Source: a virus
Lineage: Duplodnaviria > Caudoviricetes
IMG/VR virus record: IMGVR_UViG_3300025318_000032
Span: 1 to 31,781 of that record
Length of the DNA stretch: 31,781 nt
Direction: 5' to 3' (one strand)
A model generated the notes under the pieces. That model was not told the origin of the DNA and searched no databases. It saw only the letters and a list, made by a program, of their open reading frames with translations. Both the position numbers and the translations under genes were made by a program. This document shows positions 7,167 through 14,794 of the stretch, one piece after another (the first letter of the stretch is position 1; every line of letters starts with the position of its first letter).

Positions 7167-7868
7167 TTACCGTCTCCCTGCCGCGACAGAATCCTCTTCC
7201 CATACTTCGACTCCCGGCCAACGGAGGGACGTTTTCAGGGAACGCGCCTGTGCTCCGATCACGGTATCGTTCGACATGACGGCTGCGATTGTAACCTGCC
7301 CCCGGGCGATGGCTTGCACGAGTGCCTTCATGTCCACAACCCGGAACTTCGTCACCTTCCGAATACTGATGCCCTCAAGTTTCGGCCCGGCAGGGGCAAT
7401 AGGTGGCGGGATAAATACAGGGGCATCGACGATGGCCTGTACATCCTCCGGGGACGCACCTTCGGCTTCTGCTTCAATGGCGGCGTCAAGGGCTTCTTCC
7501 TCTGCCTGCCGTTCCATCTCCTTCCGGATGCGACTCTCTTCCTCCCGGCGCTTTCGCTCGACCTCGGACATATACCGAGCGATGGAAGGCTTTATGATTG
7601 TTTCCGCCTCGATTAGAGGGGCCTCGGCGTCCTTCTGTGCTTTGACGGCGGTCTTGTGCGCAGCGAAAGCGGCGGCGCAAATCGGCCCGAAGGTATCCGC
7701 GATCTTTTTTCGGAGATCCTTGATCGTCAGCAGGATTTCGTTGCCGTTTCGGAGCGAGGCATCATCTCGTATGACCAGCGCCTTTGCCTGATCGGGGATA
7801 GGGAGGGCAAGGGCCGCAACTTCCTCGGCCTCTGGAGTCACGTCGATGGTGTGGGCGGGGTCACTCAC
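7167..7868 (-). CDS. Phage coiled-coil protein of the recombination module
   Basis: 233 aa, helical, E/R-rich; next to exonuclease and SSAP. Confidence 0.7.
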   Translation of the reverse strand: MSDPAHTIDVTPEAEEVAALALPIPDQAKALVIRDDASLRNGNEILLTIKDLRKKIADTFGPICAAAFAAHKTAVKAQKDAEAPLIEAETIIKPSIARYMSEVERKRREEESRIRKEMERQAEEEALDAAIEAEAEGASPEDVQAIVDAPVFIPPPIAPAGPKLEGISIRKVTKFRVVDMKALVQAIARGQVTIAAVMSNDTVIGAQARSLKTSLRWPGVEVWEEDSVAAGRR

Positions 7869-8049
7869 CGGGGGCCTCCTTCAGTGGATTGAGGATGTCA
7901 GCGGCGATCCGGCCCACCTTGTCGCGAGCGTCGTAGGAATCGTCATCCACGACCGTCGCCGTTGCTATTTCATCCACCGTGATTGCTAAAGTTTCCCGTT
8001 CGACTATCAGATATCCCTTCTGCAGTCTCACCGTAAATACCGCCTTCAT
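7861..8049 (-). CDS. Small hypothetical protein
   Basis: ATGA overlap at 8046-8049; GGAGG RBS. Confidence 0.55.
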   Translation of the reverse strand: MKAVFTVRLQKGYLIVERETLAITVDEIATATVVDDDSYDARDKVGRIAADILNPLKEAPGE

Positions 8050-8630
8050 GCCGCCTCCTTTTTCCACCGGCATATTGCCAGTGCAGCTAAAAATATGTTG
8101 AAGTTGCGCCTCATCTCCGTAACGCCGATCGGAGGAGAGAGACGATAGGTCGCGTCGTTCCTAAGCCAAAGCGTATGCCCGCACGGGGCCGATATCTTTT
8201 CGTTGATGAGTGCCAGTTGCCAGTACGCCGCCACTTGAACGTATTTCGCCGGAAGCGGATCGCCCGTGGAGAAATCCACGATGGCTAGTTTGTCGCGGAT
8301 CTTCAGGATGCGGTCCAACCGGCCCGCATATAGATGTTGTGGATGATAAGACGCCTTCTCCGACAGGATTATCTCCGGCCGCGTGTCCTCGATGAACTTT
8401 CGATACGCCTCACAGTACGGAACGAGGACCGGATCGAGCGCGGTCCAATCAAGGCTGCCTTTATCTATGTATTCAGTGGCACGATGCACGTGTTGGCCTC
8501 TCGTCCGCGCCTCTTCCGTGAAGAAACGAGAGTCGATCATCCCGGCCCCGCCAAGCGTTTCCGTCACACCGTCAAGGCGGCGGTCCGAAAGCCAGTACGA
8601 ATGATCTTCTTCACGGAAGGTAAAGCTCAT
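8046..8630 (-). CDS. PD-(D/E)XK (RecB/Cas4-like) exonuclease-fold protein
   Basis: HSYW, GVTETL, RGQHVH, YAGRLDR, IVDFSTG, QVAAY. Confidence 0.8.
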   Translation of the reverse strand: MSFTFREEDHSYWLSDRRLDGVTETLGGAGMIDSRFFTEEARTRGQHVHRATEYIDKGSLDWTALDPVLVPYCEAYRKFIEDTRPEIILSEKASYHPQHLYAGRLDRILKIRDKLAIVDFSTGDPLPAKYVQVAAYWQLALINEKISAPCGHTLWLRNDATYRLSPPIGVTEMRRNFNIFLAALAICRWKKEAA

Positions 8631-9538
8631 CCCTGCTCGCTCTCCTTCGTCGCCTTGTCGAACTGTTCCTTGGCCTTCGAGTGGAACGCCTTCAGCGGAG
8701 ACCACTCCCCGCCGCCCTTCTTCGACATGGAGAACTTGATGGCCGCGAAATCGGACTCGCCATATTTCCCCTCCTTGTTCACGGTGAGGGAGTAAAGGAT
8801 CTCCTCCGGTTTGAGTCCGTTCACCTTGCCGATCACCTCGCACATCGACAGCAGCTCGGCGCGGAGTTCCGCTTCGGGCTTCTCGGGTTCGGAGGATGCG
8901 GCCTTCTCCCGCGGCGGTTTCACCGGCTCTTTCCCGTCCCCGACGATTCCGTCCCTCACTTCCGGCGGCAGGTCTTCGAGGTCCTGATCGAACACGTCCG
9001 ACGCGGCGGTCGCCTTCAGGACCACGGCGATGTACGCCCGCTTGTCGGCCATCTTCAGGACGGTGTTGGCGATGTCGGCGGCGTTCGTCCGGATCTGCTT
9101 GACGGTGTAGTGGGAGCCGCCCTGTCCCTTCGCATACTTCACCCGCCTGCGGTCCTCGCCCGTTGCGGCGAACTCCTCGTCACAGACCGCCGCCCGCCAC
9201 ATGTACTTTTCTTCGAGCGTCGAACATTCCCCGATGCCTTCCCCGAGGATCACGCCGTCCCGGTTGTACAGCTCCACCCTCACGCGATACCGGAAGAAGT
9301 CCGGGCCGGACAGGTCCTCGACGATAGAGCGGGGGACCAAGCGGAAGGATGCCGTGATCTTCTCAGCCCCCGGCTTGTAGAGCGTTGGCTTCTTCGTGCC
9401 GGGGATCGTCCCGTAGTGGACATCCTTCTTCATGACGTGCTTCAGGAGTTCGTCCAGGACGCGCATCTGCTCCTTCATTTCCGGAAGCGACATCGGGCGC
9501 GACTCCTGTACCTCGATCCGTGCTACTTCTCCGCTCAT
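8627..9538 (-). CDS. Putative single-strand annealing protein (Rad52/Sak/Erf-like)
   Basis: YGTIPGTKKPTLYKPGAEK and NTVLKMADKRAY...DVFDQDLED motifs; directly upstream of the exonuclease. Confidence 0.7.
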   Translation of the reverse strand: MSGEVARIEVQESRPMSLPEMKEQMRVLDELLKHVMKKDVHYGTIPGTKKPTLYKPGAEKITASFRLVPRSIVEDLSGPDFFRYRVRVELYNRDGVILGEGIGECSTLEEKYMWRAAVCDEEFAATGEDRRRVKYAKGQGGSHYTVKQIRTNAADIANTVLKMADKRAYIAVVLKATAASDVFDQDLEDLPPEVRDGIVGDGKEPVKPPREKAASSEPEKPEAELRAELLSMCEVIGKVNGLKPEEILYSLTVNKEGKYGESDFAAIKFSMSKKGGGEWSPLKAFHSKAKEQFDKATKESEQG

Positions 9539-9619
9539 ACCATTGCCTCCTTTTTTCTTTCGTTCTGCCAACCCCTTCGGTTGAATGCCTGTTCGCTATG
9601 TATGGGTTCATCGATCGGC

Positions 9620-9748
9620 TTATTCGGCATCGCCTTCATCTACCTCCGGCTTGTCAAGCGGACAGGCACAGAAAATTTCCGACCACCCACACCATTCACA
9701 GAAAGCCTCCTCCTCCGGCACGATGCGCTGCCAGTCGGGGAAGGTCAT
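9620..9748 (-). CDS. Small Cys-rich hypothetical protein (42 aa)
   Basis: MTFPDWQRIVPEEEAFCEWCGWSEIFCAC...; ATGA overlap; hand-translated. Confidence 0.4.
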   Translation of the reverse strand: MTFPDWQRIVPEEEAFCEWCGWSEIFCACPLDKPEVDEGDAE

Positions 9749-10101
9749 TTCCCGCCTTCCTTCCGGTAGCGGGGAGAGTAATCCCCACGGTTCCATTTCT
9801 TCAGCAACAGGAGTCCTTTCTTCACAACTTTATCAAAGGGATGCTTCGACCTATTCAGGCAATCCCTCGCTCCTTGCATCGTCTCTCTCTTGCTTTCGTG
9901 GTATCCGGGGAAGGCGAGGCCAGTTAGCCCGTGGGAAATCTTGCACCCGAATCCGCTATAATCCGCATGGAAGAAAAGATCGACGCCGGGAAGCTCCTTC
10001 AACTTTATCGGCACAGCGTCAATCTTCATGAAACCTGTATCCTTGATGGCTATGTAATACTCCCCCGGCTTGTCGATGACGTAACGGATCGGCATCGTCA
10101 T
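9745..10101 (-). CDS. Phage hypothetical protein
   Basis: Translational coupling on both sides. Confidence 0.6.
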   Translation of the reverse strand: MTMPIRYVIDKPGEYYIAIKDTGFMKIDAVPIKLKELPGVDLFFHADYSGFGCKISHGLTGLAFPGYHESKRETMQGARDCLNRSKHPFDKVVKKGLLLLKKWNRGDYSPRYRKEGGK

Positions 10102-10244
10102 CCGATCCACCCCGCTCCAGCCCACGCCATCACGCACACGATGAACGCGCAGATGGCGATGTCCGCCAACCTGCCACGCCGGTTATGGCCATGTATATAC
10201 CGACTGTTTGCCTTAACTCCACAACCGCAAAGACAAGTGTTCAT
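10098..10244 (-). CDS. Small CxCGCG zinc-finger plus TM protein
   Basis: MNTCLCGCG...YIHGHN then a hydrophobic tail; ATGA overlaps. Confidence 0.5.
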   Translation of the reverse strand: MNTCLCGCGVKANSRYIHGHNRRGRLADIAICAFIVCVMAWAGAGWIG

Positions 10245-10375
10245 GTGCGCACAATCCATTTGATCAACACGGCGATCAGGATGATGACCGCGAAGATTTT
10301 TAAGCCGCGCCACTTGACGAACGGCTGAAACGAGTCGTACTCGGCGTCGGATAACCGACGGAAAATGGTGTTCAT
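10241..10375 (-). CDS. Small membrane protein (44 aa)
   Basis: GGAGGAG RBS; IFAVIILIAVLIKWIV; hand-translated. Confidence 0.5.
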   Translation of the reverse strand: MNTIFRRLSDAEYDSFQPFVKWRGLKIFAVIILIAVLIKWIVRT

Positions 10376-10396
10376 GGGGCTCCTCCCATCAGATCC

Positions 10397-11176
10397 CTAC
10401 TTCTCCTTCCACTCCCCGGAGATGAGATTCGTCGGTTTCTTTTTGGCAACAACCAGGGCGTGTTTTGACCAGTTTGAAATTTTGATTCGGACGCCTGCGA
10501 AAATGCCGTAGCCCTCACCGGCCTTGATGCCCTCACCGGCCTTGATGCCCGAACCGGCCTCGATGCCCTCACCGGCCTCGATGCCCTCACCGGCCTCGAT
10601 GCCCTCACCGGCCTTGATGCCCCAACCGGCCTCGATGCCCTCACCGGCCTCGATGCCCTCACCGGCCTCGATGTCCCAACCGGCCTCGATGCCCCAACCG
10701 GCCTCGATGCCCTCACCGGCCTCGATGCCCCAACCGGCCTCGATGCCCTCACCGGCCTCGATGCCCTCACCGGCCTCGATGCCCTCACCGGCCTCGATGC
10801 CCTCACCGGCCTTGATGCCCGAACCGGCCTCGATGCCCGAACCGGCCTTGATGCCCGAACCGGCCTTGATGCCCGAACCGGCCTTGATGCCCGAACCGGC
10901 CAAAAAATGCCCGGCGACTTTTATGGATTCCGAAATTTCAACTCGGCCCGCGAAGTACAGGCCAAAATGCGCCTCATAGTCGCCATTGATTTTCAGGACA
11001 GTACCGGCAGGACCGGCGGTAGACAACAGCCACGATCCCCACGACGACAGGTTTTCGTGGGCTAGCGCGTCAAGGACGGCTTGGTATCCGCCGCCTGCGG
11101 GGAAGTTGCGCTGAAACCATTCGACGCCATCGGCGCAGGCATTTTTTTCTTTTAGCCATTCGAGTGTGATTTGCAT
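10397..11176 (-). CDS. Phage protein with AGxGI[K/E] hexapeptide repeats (predicted beta-solenoid)
   Basis: [18 protein letters not shown]-terminal domain then 21 repeats. Confidence 0.8.
   Translation of the reverse strand: MQITLEWLKEKNACADGVEWFQRNFPAGGGYQAVLDALAHENLSSWGSWLLSTAGPAGTVLKINGDYEAHFGLYFAGRVEISESIKVAGHFLAGSGIKAGSGIKAGSGIKAGSGIEAGSGIKAGEGIEAGEGIEAGEGIEAGEGIEAGWGIEAGEGIEAGWGIEAGWDIEAGEGIEAGEGIEAGWGIKAGEGIEAGEGIEAGEGIEAGSGIKAGEGIKAGEGYGIFAGVRIKISNWSKHALVVAKKKPTNLISGEWKEK
10511..10900 (-). repeat. 18-bp coding tandem repeat, 21 full copies plus a partial
   Basis: Unit GCCGGT(TCG/GAG/TGG)GGCATC(AAG/GAG), no spacers. Confidence 0.95.
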
Positions 11177-11529
11177 TTCCCTTCTTCCTCCCTGAAATCT
11201 TTCGATGGATTGAACCAATCGTCTTTTACGATGTGGCCGATGGCCTCGATGGGGCCAGAATAGGCCCCCCTAACCCTCACCGTCTTTCCTTTTAGTTTTG
11301 ACCATTCGGTAACTCCCGCGATTTCCATTACGCGCCAGATGAAATGACCAGCGACGGATCCCAATTTGTGATGCGTAAAACTTTTCGGGAGATAGAGGGC
11401 GTATCCGCCGAAGCCTTGACCGGAACCTCCGTAGTCAAGATAGACCCATGCAGACAGGCACCCGTGGTCATCGCTCGTTATTGTGGCACTCTCGATGACT
11501 GCATTCTTGATTTCCACGCCCATCTTCAC
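11152..11529 (-). CDS. Conserved phage hypothetical protein
   Basis: IKNAVIES...[23 protein letters not shown]...[13 protein letters not shown]. Confidence 0.75.
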   Translation of the reverse strand: MKMGVEIKNAVIESATITSDDHGCLSAWVYLDYGGSGQGFGGYALYLPKSFTHHKLGSVAGHFIWRVMEIAGVTEWSKLKGKTVRVRGAYSGPIEAIGHIVKDDWFNPSKDFREEEGKCKSHSNG

Positions 11530-11657
11530 CCTCCCACGTATTTCTTCAGCGCGAGGATGATGAGATAGCCGATGTAGGCGGCACCCGCCAGCCCTGCGAT
11601 GTAGAGTCCGACAAGCAGCACAATCCCGCCGATACCCGCGACGAATTTTGGATTCAT
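11526..11657 (-). CDS. Small membrane protein (43 aa)
   Basis: [39 protein letters not shown]; hand-translated. Confidence 0.55.
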   Translation of the reverse strand: MNPKFVAGIGGIVLLVGLYIAGLAGAAYIGYLIILALKKYVGG

Positions 11658-11752
11658 CCCGGCCACCATTCCCAACACCGCTTGCATACCACCGCGCCGG
11701 AGGGGAACGAGAAGGTACGATGATCGAACAGGAAGCAGATCAGGCGGCGCAT
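11654..11752 (-). CDS. DUF1660-like small prophage protein (32 aa)
   Basis: [11 protein letters not shown]...CKRC; AGGAGG RBS. Confidence 0.5.
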   Translation of the reverse strand: MRRLICFLFDHRTFSFPSGAVVCKRCWEWWPG

Positions 11753-12264
11753 TAATTGCCCTCCTTTAGGTACTGGCGGATGATCTCCGCTTGGGCGGCC
11801 CTTGTGGCGGCCCCTGTGGCGGCCCCTGCGGCGGCGCCCCAGGCGGCGTCCCCTGCGTCCCTGGCGGCGGCCAAGGCGGCGTCCCTGGCGGCGGCCAAGG
11901 CGGCGTCCCTGGCGGTCAGATCCTTAGCGGTTATCCTTCCGTTCGCAAAGTCCCTCGCCGCCTTGATGGCCTTCCGTGGGCGGTCATCGTTGGGGTATTC
12001 CTTCTCGAAGATGGGCAGCACGGCTTCCGCGAAATCGGCGGCCATTAGGCGCATCACCTTGTCGCCGTCCGGATGCTTCACCGTGGCGCGTAGCGCCCAC
12101 AGGCAGTCGGCAGTTCCGTTGTGCTCAAGTATATCCAGCAGATTGATATCGTCCTTGTCGCCCCACTCCGGGCCGAGTTTGGAGACGAGACGCGCGTAGC
12201 GGCCTTCGCATGCGTTGTGCTGCCGCAAGCGGTGGAGCGACGTGACGAGCGCGATCTTCTTCAT
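11752..12264 (-). CDS. Imm5-like domain protein with an Ala-rich repeat tail
   Basis: AADFAEAVLPIFEKEYPNDDRPRKAIKAAR motif; RDAALAAA repeats (24-bp unit). Confidence 0.7.
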   Translation of the reverse strand: MKKIALVTSLHRLRQHNACEGRYARLVSKLGPEWGDKDDINLLDILEHNGTADCLWALRATVKHPDGDKVMRLMAADFAEAVLPIFEKEYPNDDRPRKAIKAARDFANGRITAKDLTARDAALAAARDAALAAARDAGDAAWGAAAGAATGAATRAAQAEIIRQYLKEGN

Positions 12265-12279
12265 TTCCCCTCCGCTCCG

Positions 12280-12513
12280 TTACTCGTTTCTACTGATCGC
12301 AGCATTACTCCACATCACGGCCTCCTCCAAGTGCGTCAACGCAAGCGACCGCTCGCGGGACGGCGGGCAATTCTCCACGATCCGGAATGCGAACGTCCGG
12401 GCGCGATCCCGGATTAGGTTGTACCGGGGCACTTGGTCGGGCTTCGGCGGGTGGTACGTGAAATCTTTCTCGATGCGCTTGCTATCCTCTTCGGTGATGT
12501 ACGGGTGCGTCAT
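12280..12513 (-). CDS. Acb2/Tad1-like nucleotide-signal sponge (anti-defence)
   Basis: FTYHPP...RERSLALTHLEEAVMWSNAAI motif; GGGAGG RBS; in-frame upstream ATG at 12597. Confidence 0.75.
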   Translation of the reverse strand: MTHPYITEEDSKRIEKDFTYHPPKPDQVPRYNLIRDRARTFAFRIVENCPPSRERSLALTHLEEAVMWSNAAISRNE

Positions 12514-12593
12514 AGCCCCTCCCTTCGTTTTAACAGACTCCGGGAGTTGTTCCTCGATGCGCGGAGCGAGTGCGCCGAAAGTGATCCCGAGTT

Positions 12594-12860
12594 TCATGGG
12601 CGGCCCTCCGCTTTGGCGATGATTGCGCGGAGATCCGCGTTGTCATCGGGGCCTTCATGCCCGTCGAGCCTTGCCACCGCGCTTTTTAGCGCCTCCAGCA
12701 GTTCCGGCGCGGCGGCGATGAGGCGGGCGTTGGCGACCCTCTCGATGCGGGGTGCCCATGCGTCGGCCACTATCTGATTATCGGCACTCAGGATGATGAT
12801 CGCTCCCGGCTGTTCTCGCCAGTCGTGCTCTAATTTCCACGGCCCCGGCGTGTGACTCAT
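12594..12860 (-). CDS. Conserved phage early protein (HTPGPW...ANARLIAAAPELLEAL family)
   Basis: Both signature motifs present. Confidence 0.85.
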   Translation of the reverse strand: MSHTPGPWKLEHDWREQPGAIIILSADNQIVADAWAPRIERVANARLIAAAPELLEALKSAVARLDGHEGPDDNADLRAIIAKAEGRP

Positions 12861-13021
12861 TTCCCCTCCTTCTCCTTGATATCCTCCGGTGCGGGATCGG
12901 TGATCGCGTCGAGGAACAAAGGATCGACGGTCGGCAAGTGATCGGGCATCCGGGAGGCACGATGCTCATCCGGCTCGCAATCCGGGCACGAGTGGCAGCG
13001 GCAGACTCCGGTGCAGGTCAT
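12857..13021 (-). CDS. Small Cys-rich hypothetical protein (54 aa)
   Basis: MTCTGVCRCHSCPDC...; GGAG RBS; hand-translated. Confidence 0.45.
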   Translation of the reverse strand: MTCTGVCRCHSCPDCEPDEHRASRMPDHLPTVDPLFLDAITDPAPEDIKEKEGK

Positions 13022-13030
13022 TGGGGTCTC

Positions 13031-13300
13031 CTACAGCGCCTTGAATTCTTCGCGCATATTGTCCAGCGCGATCTTGAGTCCAGGTACCATTGCGGCGACA
13101 ACGTGCTCGGGGATGGTCACGTAGATGGAGCTGTTGTAGCCGTCCGCCTTGCGCCTGAACGAGACTTCATAATCCGATGTTCCCTTCGCCTGCCGTCTGC
13201 GAATGCCGTCCACGATCTGCCGCGTGTTGTCGATATTCCGTTCCAGTTTCTTTGCGACTTCATATCCCCTGCGAAGATCCTCAAACCCTTTCTTGTCCAT
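13031..13300 (-). CDS. First gene of the leftward operon, hypothetical
   Basis: Strong AAGGAGG RBS before ATG 13300. Confidence 0.7.
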   Translation of the reverse strand: MDKKGFEDLRRGYEVAKKLERNIDNTRQIVDGIRRRQAKGTSDYEVSFRRKADGYNSSIYVTIPEHVVAAMVPGLKIALDNMREEFKAL

Positions 13301-13321
13301 GTTTTCCTCCTTAATTTGGGC

Positions 13322-13394
13322 GGCTACCGAGGGTGATGGCCAAGCGTTGTCACGCCATCCTTCCCTGCCCAAGGGTTTCGCGCCCTCGGTAGCC
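13322..13394 (-). ncRNA. Structured leader element (12-bp closing stem)
   Basis: GGCTACCGAGGG / CCCTCGGTAGCC inverted repeat with an internal GATGGC/GCCATC helix. Confidence 0.45.
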
Positions 13395-13424
13395 ATCTCG
13401 CGTCGACCTTGCGGAGCGCGAGAG

Positions 13425-13529
13425 TGGTGCGGGGCGGCGGCAGGATTGGATACCTACCCGGGCAGTCGCTCCGATGGGGTGCCCCATGCCATTGGATTGA
13501 TCCCCGGTGCGCCGGGGCCGCGCCGCCCC
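13425..13529 (-). ncRNA. tRNA-like structured RNA of unknown class
   Basis: GGGGCGGCG/CGCCGCCCC closing stem, three internal hairpins, T-arm-like GTAGG-TATCCAAT-CCTGC, ends GCACCA. Confidence 0.5.
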
Positions 13530-13532
13530 TTC

Positions 13533-13609
13533 TGGTACTCGGGGAGGGAGTCGAACCCTCATGTAAGGCGGGTTTAAGCCGCCCGCGTATGCCATTCCGC
13601 CACCCGAGT
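13533..13609 (-). tRNA. tRNA-Leu(UAA) with a short variable region
   Basis: ACTCGGG/CCCGAGT acceptor; D arm GCGGAATGGCATACGC; GGCGG-CT-TAA-AC-CCGCC; GAGGG-TTCGACT-CCCTC; ACCA encoded. Confidence 0.9.
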
Positions 13610-13744
13610 CAGTCAAAGATCGAATCCCTTACTGCATCCGGGCTTGCCCCGCCACCTGATCCGTCGATCCCTGACGCAATCCGCAGCTTGCGAACGATCT
13701 CCCGGCACCACGTCGGGCCGTAGCCCAGTTCGATCAACCTGGGG

Positions 13745-13819
13745 ATAGTATTCCACGGGCGGAATCAGATTGCAAGCATTATTTTCTTGTTGACAGAGAA
13801 ATTCCGCCAATGGTATGAT
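13745..13819. promoter_or_regulatory. Divergent PL/PR-like promoters with two related operators
   Basis: Rightward TTGACA 13790-13795 and extended TG-n-TATGAT 13811-13819; leftward TTGCAA 13775-13770 with AATACT/TACTAT; ATTCCGCC-nn-TGGwAT in both spacers. Confidence 0.7.
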
Positions 13820-13825
13820 GCCGCC

Positions 13826-14041
13826 ATGAAACTATCCGCCTATCTCGGAAAACTCAATCTCACCCGGAAAGACTTCGCGGAGCTTTCCGGCGTGCCTCTC
13901 TCCACGGTGTACCGACTACTCGACGAACCCGATGTCATTCCCGACGGGACGAACATCGCCAAGATCATACGGGCCACGGAGGGAATCGTCGGGGTGCAGG
14001 ATCTTGTCACAGAACAGAACGGCAAGGCTCCGGCCGCCTGA
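13826..14041 (+). CDS. Cro-like XRE HTH regulator, probably leaderless
   Basis: LTRKDFAELSGVPLSTVYRLL HTH; ATG 6 nt after the -10. Confidence 0.85.
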   Translation: MKLSAYLGKLNLTRKDFAELSGVPLSTVYRLLDEPDVIPDGTNIAKIIRATEGIVGVQDLVTEQNGKAPAA

Positions 14042-14042
14042 C

Positions 14043-14222
14043 ATGGGCCGCCGACAGTTCCTCGACCCTGCAACGAAGCGTAGGAACAGCGCCCAATGTT
14101 ACCTGTCGGACAGAGAGTTCGAATCCGTCTGCCGAGCCGCACTCAAACAGGATTTACACATCAGCGTGTGGATGAGAAATGTCATCCTCCGCGAAGTGGA
14201 GAGGAAGGAAGCGGGGGCATGA
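14043..14222 (+). CDS. Ribbon-helix-helix-like small protein
   Basis: AQCYLSDREFESVCRAALKQDLHISVWMRNVI. Confidence 0.6.
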   Translation: MGRRQFLDPATKRRNSAQCYLSDREFESVCRAALKQDLHISVWMRNVILREVERKEAGA

Positions 14223-14794
14223 AGTGCGAATGCGGATGCGGCGGGGAAACTGGCGTTTATAAATACACTGACAAACGGGGCGGTATAAAAGGACAGGAGA
14301 AGCGCTTCCTGTGTGGCCACCAACAAAAGGTAAAATTCAGACAACCAACTCCTACTCTATGTGAATGCGGTTGCGGAGGAAAAACAACAGTCATAAACGG
14401 AAGAAATAAGCAGTTTATCACTGGACATAACATGATGAATCGCTGTTCCATTGAATCAAGATTTTGGATAAAGGTGAAAAAGGGCGAAGAGGAAAGCGAG
14501 TGTTGGAATTGGATAGCCTATAAAAATCCCAAGGGATACGGTTGTTTTGGTTTGAACGGGAATAAGATTATTCTATCGCACCGGTATTCATGGATTTTCT
14601 GTTTTGGCCCAATTCCTTATGGATTTAATGTGCTTCACAAATGTGACAACCCCGCCTGCGTAAATCCAAAACACTTATGGCTTGGAACACTCACAGACAA
14701 CAATCATGACATGTGCCGTAAGGGAAGACACTGGGCTCACAAGAGGTCAATCAAGGACCAGAGGAGAACAATTAAACCATATGCAACCCTGTAA
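14219..14794 (+). CDS. HNH endonuclease with two CECGCG modules
   Basis: CWNW..GYG..SHRYSW..VLHKCDNPACVNPKHLWLGT..DN; AT-rich. Confidence 0.9.
   Translation: MKCECGCGGETGVYKYTDKRGGIKGQEKRFLCGHQQKVKFRQPTPTLCECGCGGKTTVINGRNKQFITGHNMMNRCSIESRFWIKVKKGEEESECWNWIAYKNPKGYGCFGLNGNKIILSHRYSWIFCFGPIPYGFNVLHKCDNPACVNPKHLWLGTLTDNNHDMCRKGRHWAHKRSIKDQRRTIKPYATL

Noticed and set aside
8046-8630. Cas4 / CRISPR adaptation gene
   Set aside because: No Fe-S Cys cluster and no cas context; it pairs with an SSAP as a phage recombination exonuclease
4107-9769. Long + strand ORFs (4107-4751, 6928-7791, 8681-9769)
   Set aside because: Antisense shadows of well-supported minus-strand genes, with no motifs
10511-10900. 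CRISPR array or DGR repeat
   Set aside because: Head-to-tail 18-bp units with no spacers, in frame in a CDS; no cas operon or reverse transcriptase; variation is not adenine-specific
13322-13394. Hammerhead ribozyme
   Set aside because: GAAA is present but the CUGANGA core is not
13533-13609. tRNA as attB/attP prophage boundary
   Set aside because: No duplicated 3' fragment or integrase seen, and phage genes lie on both sides
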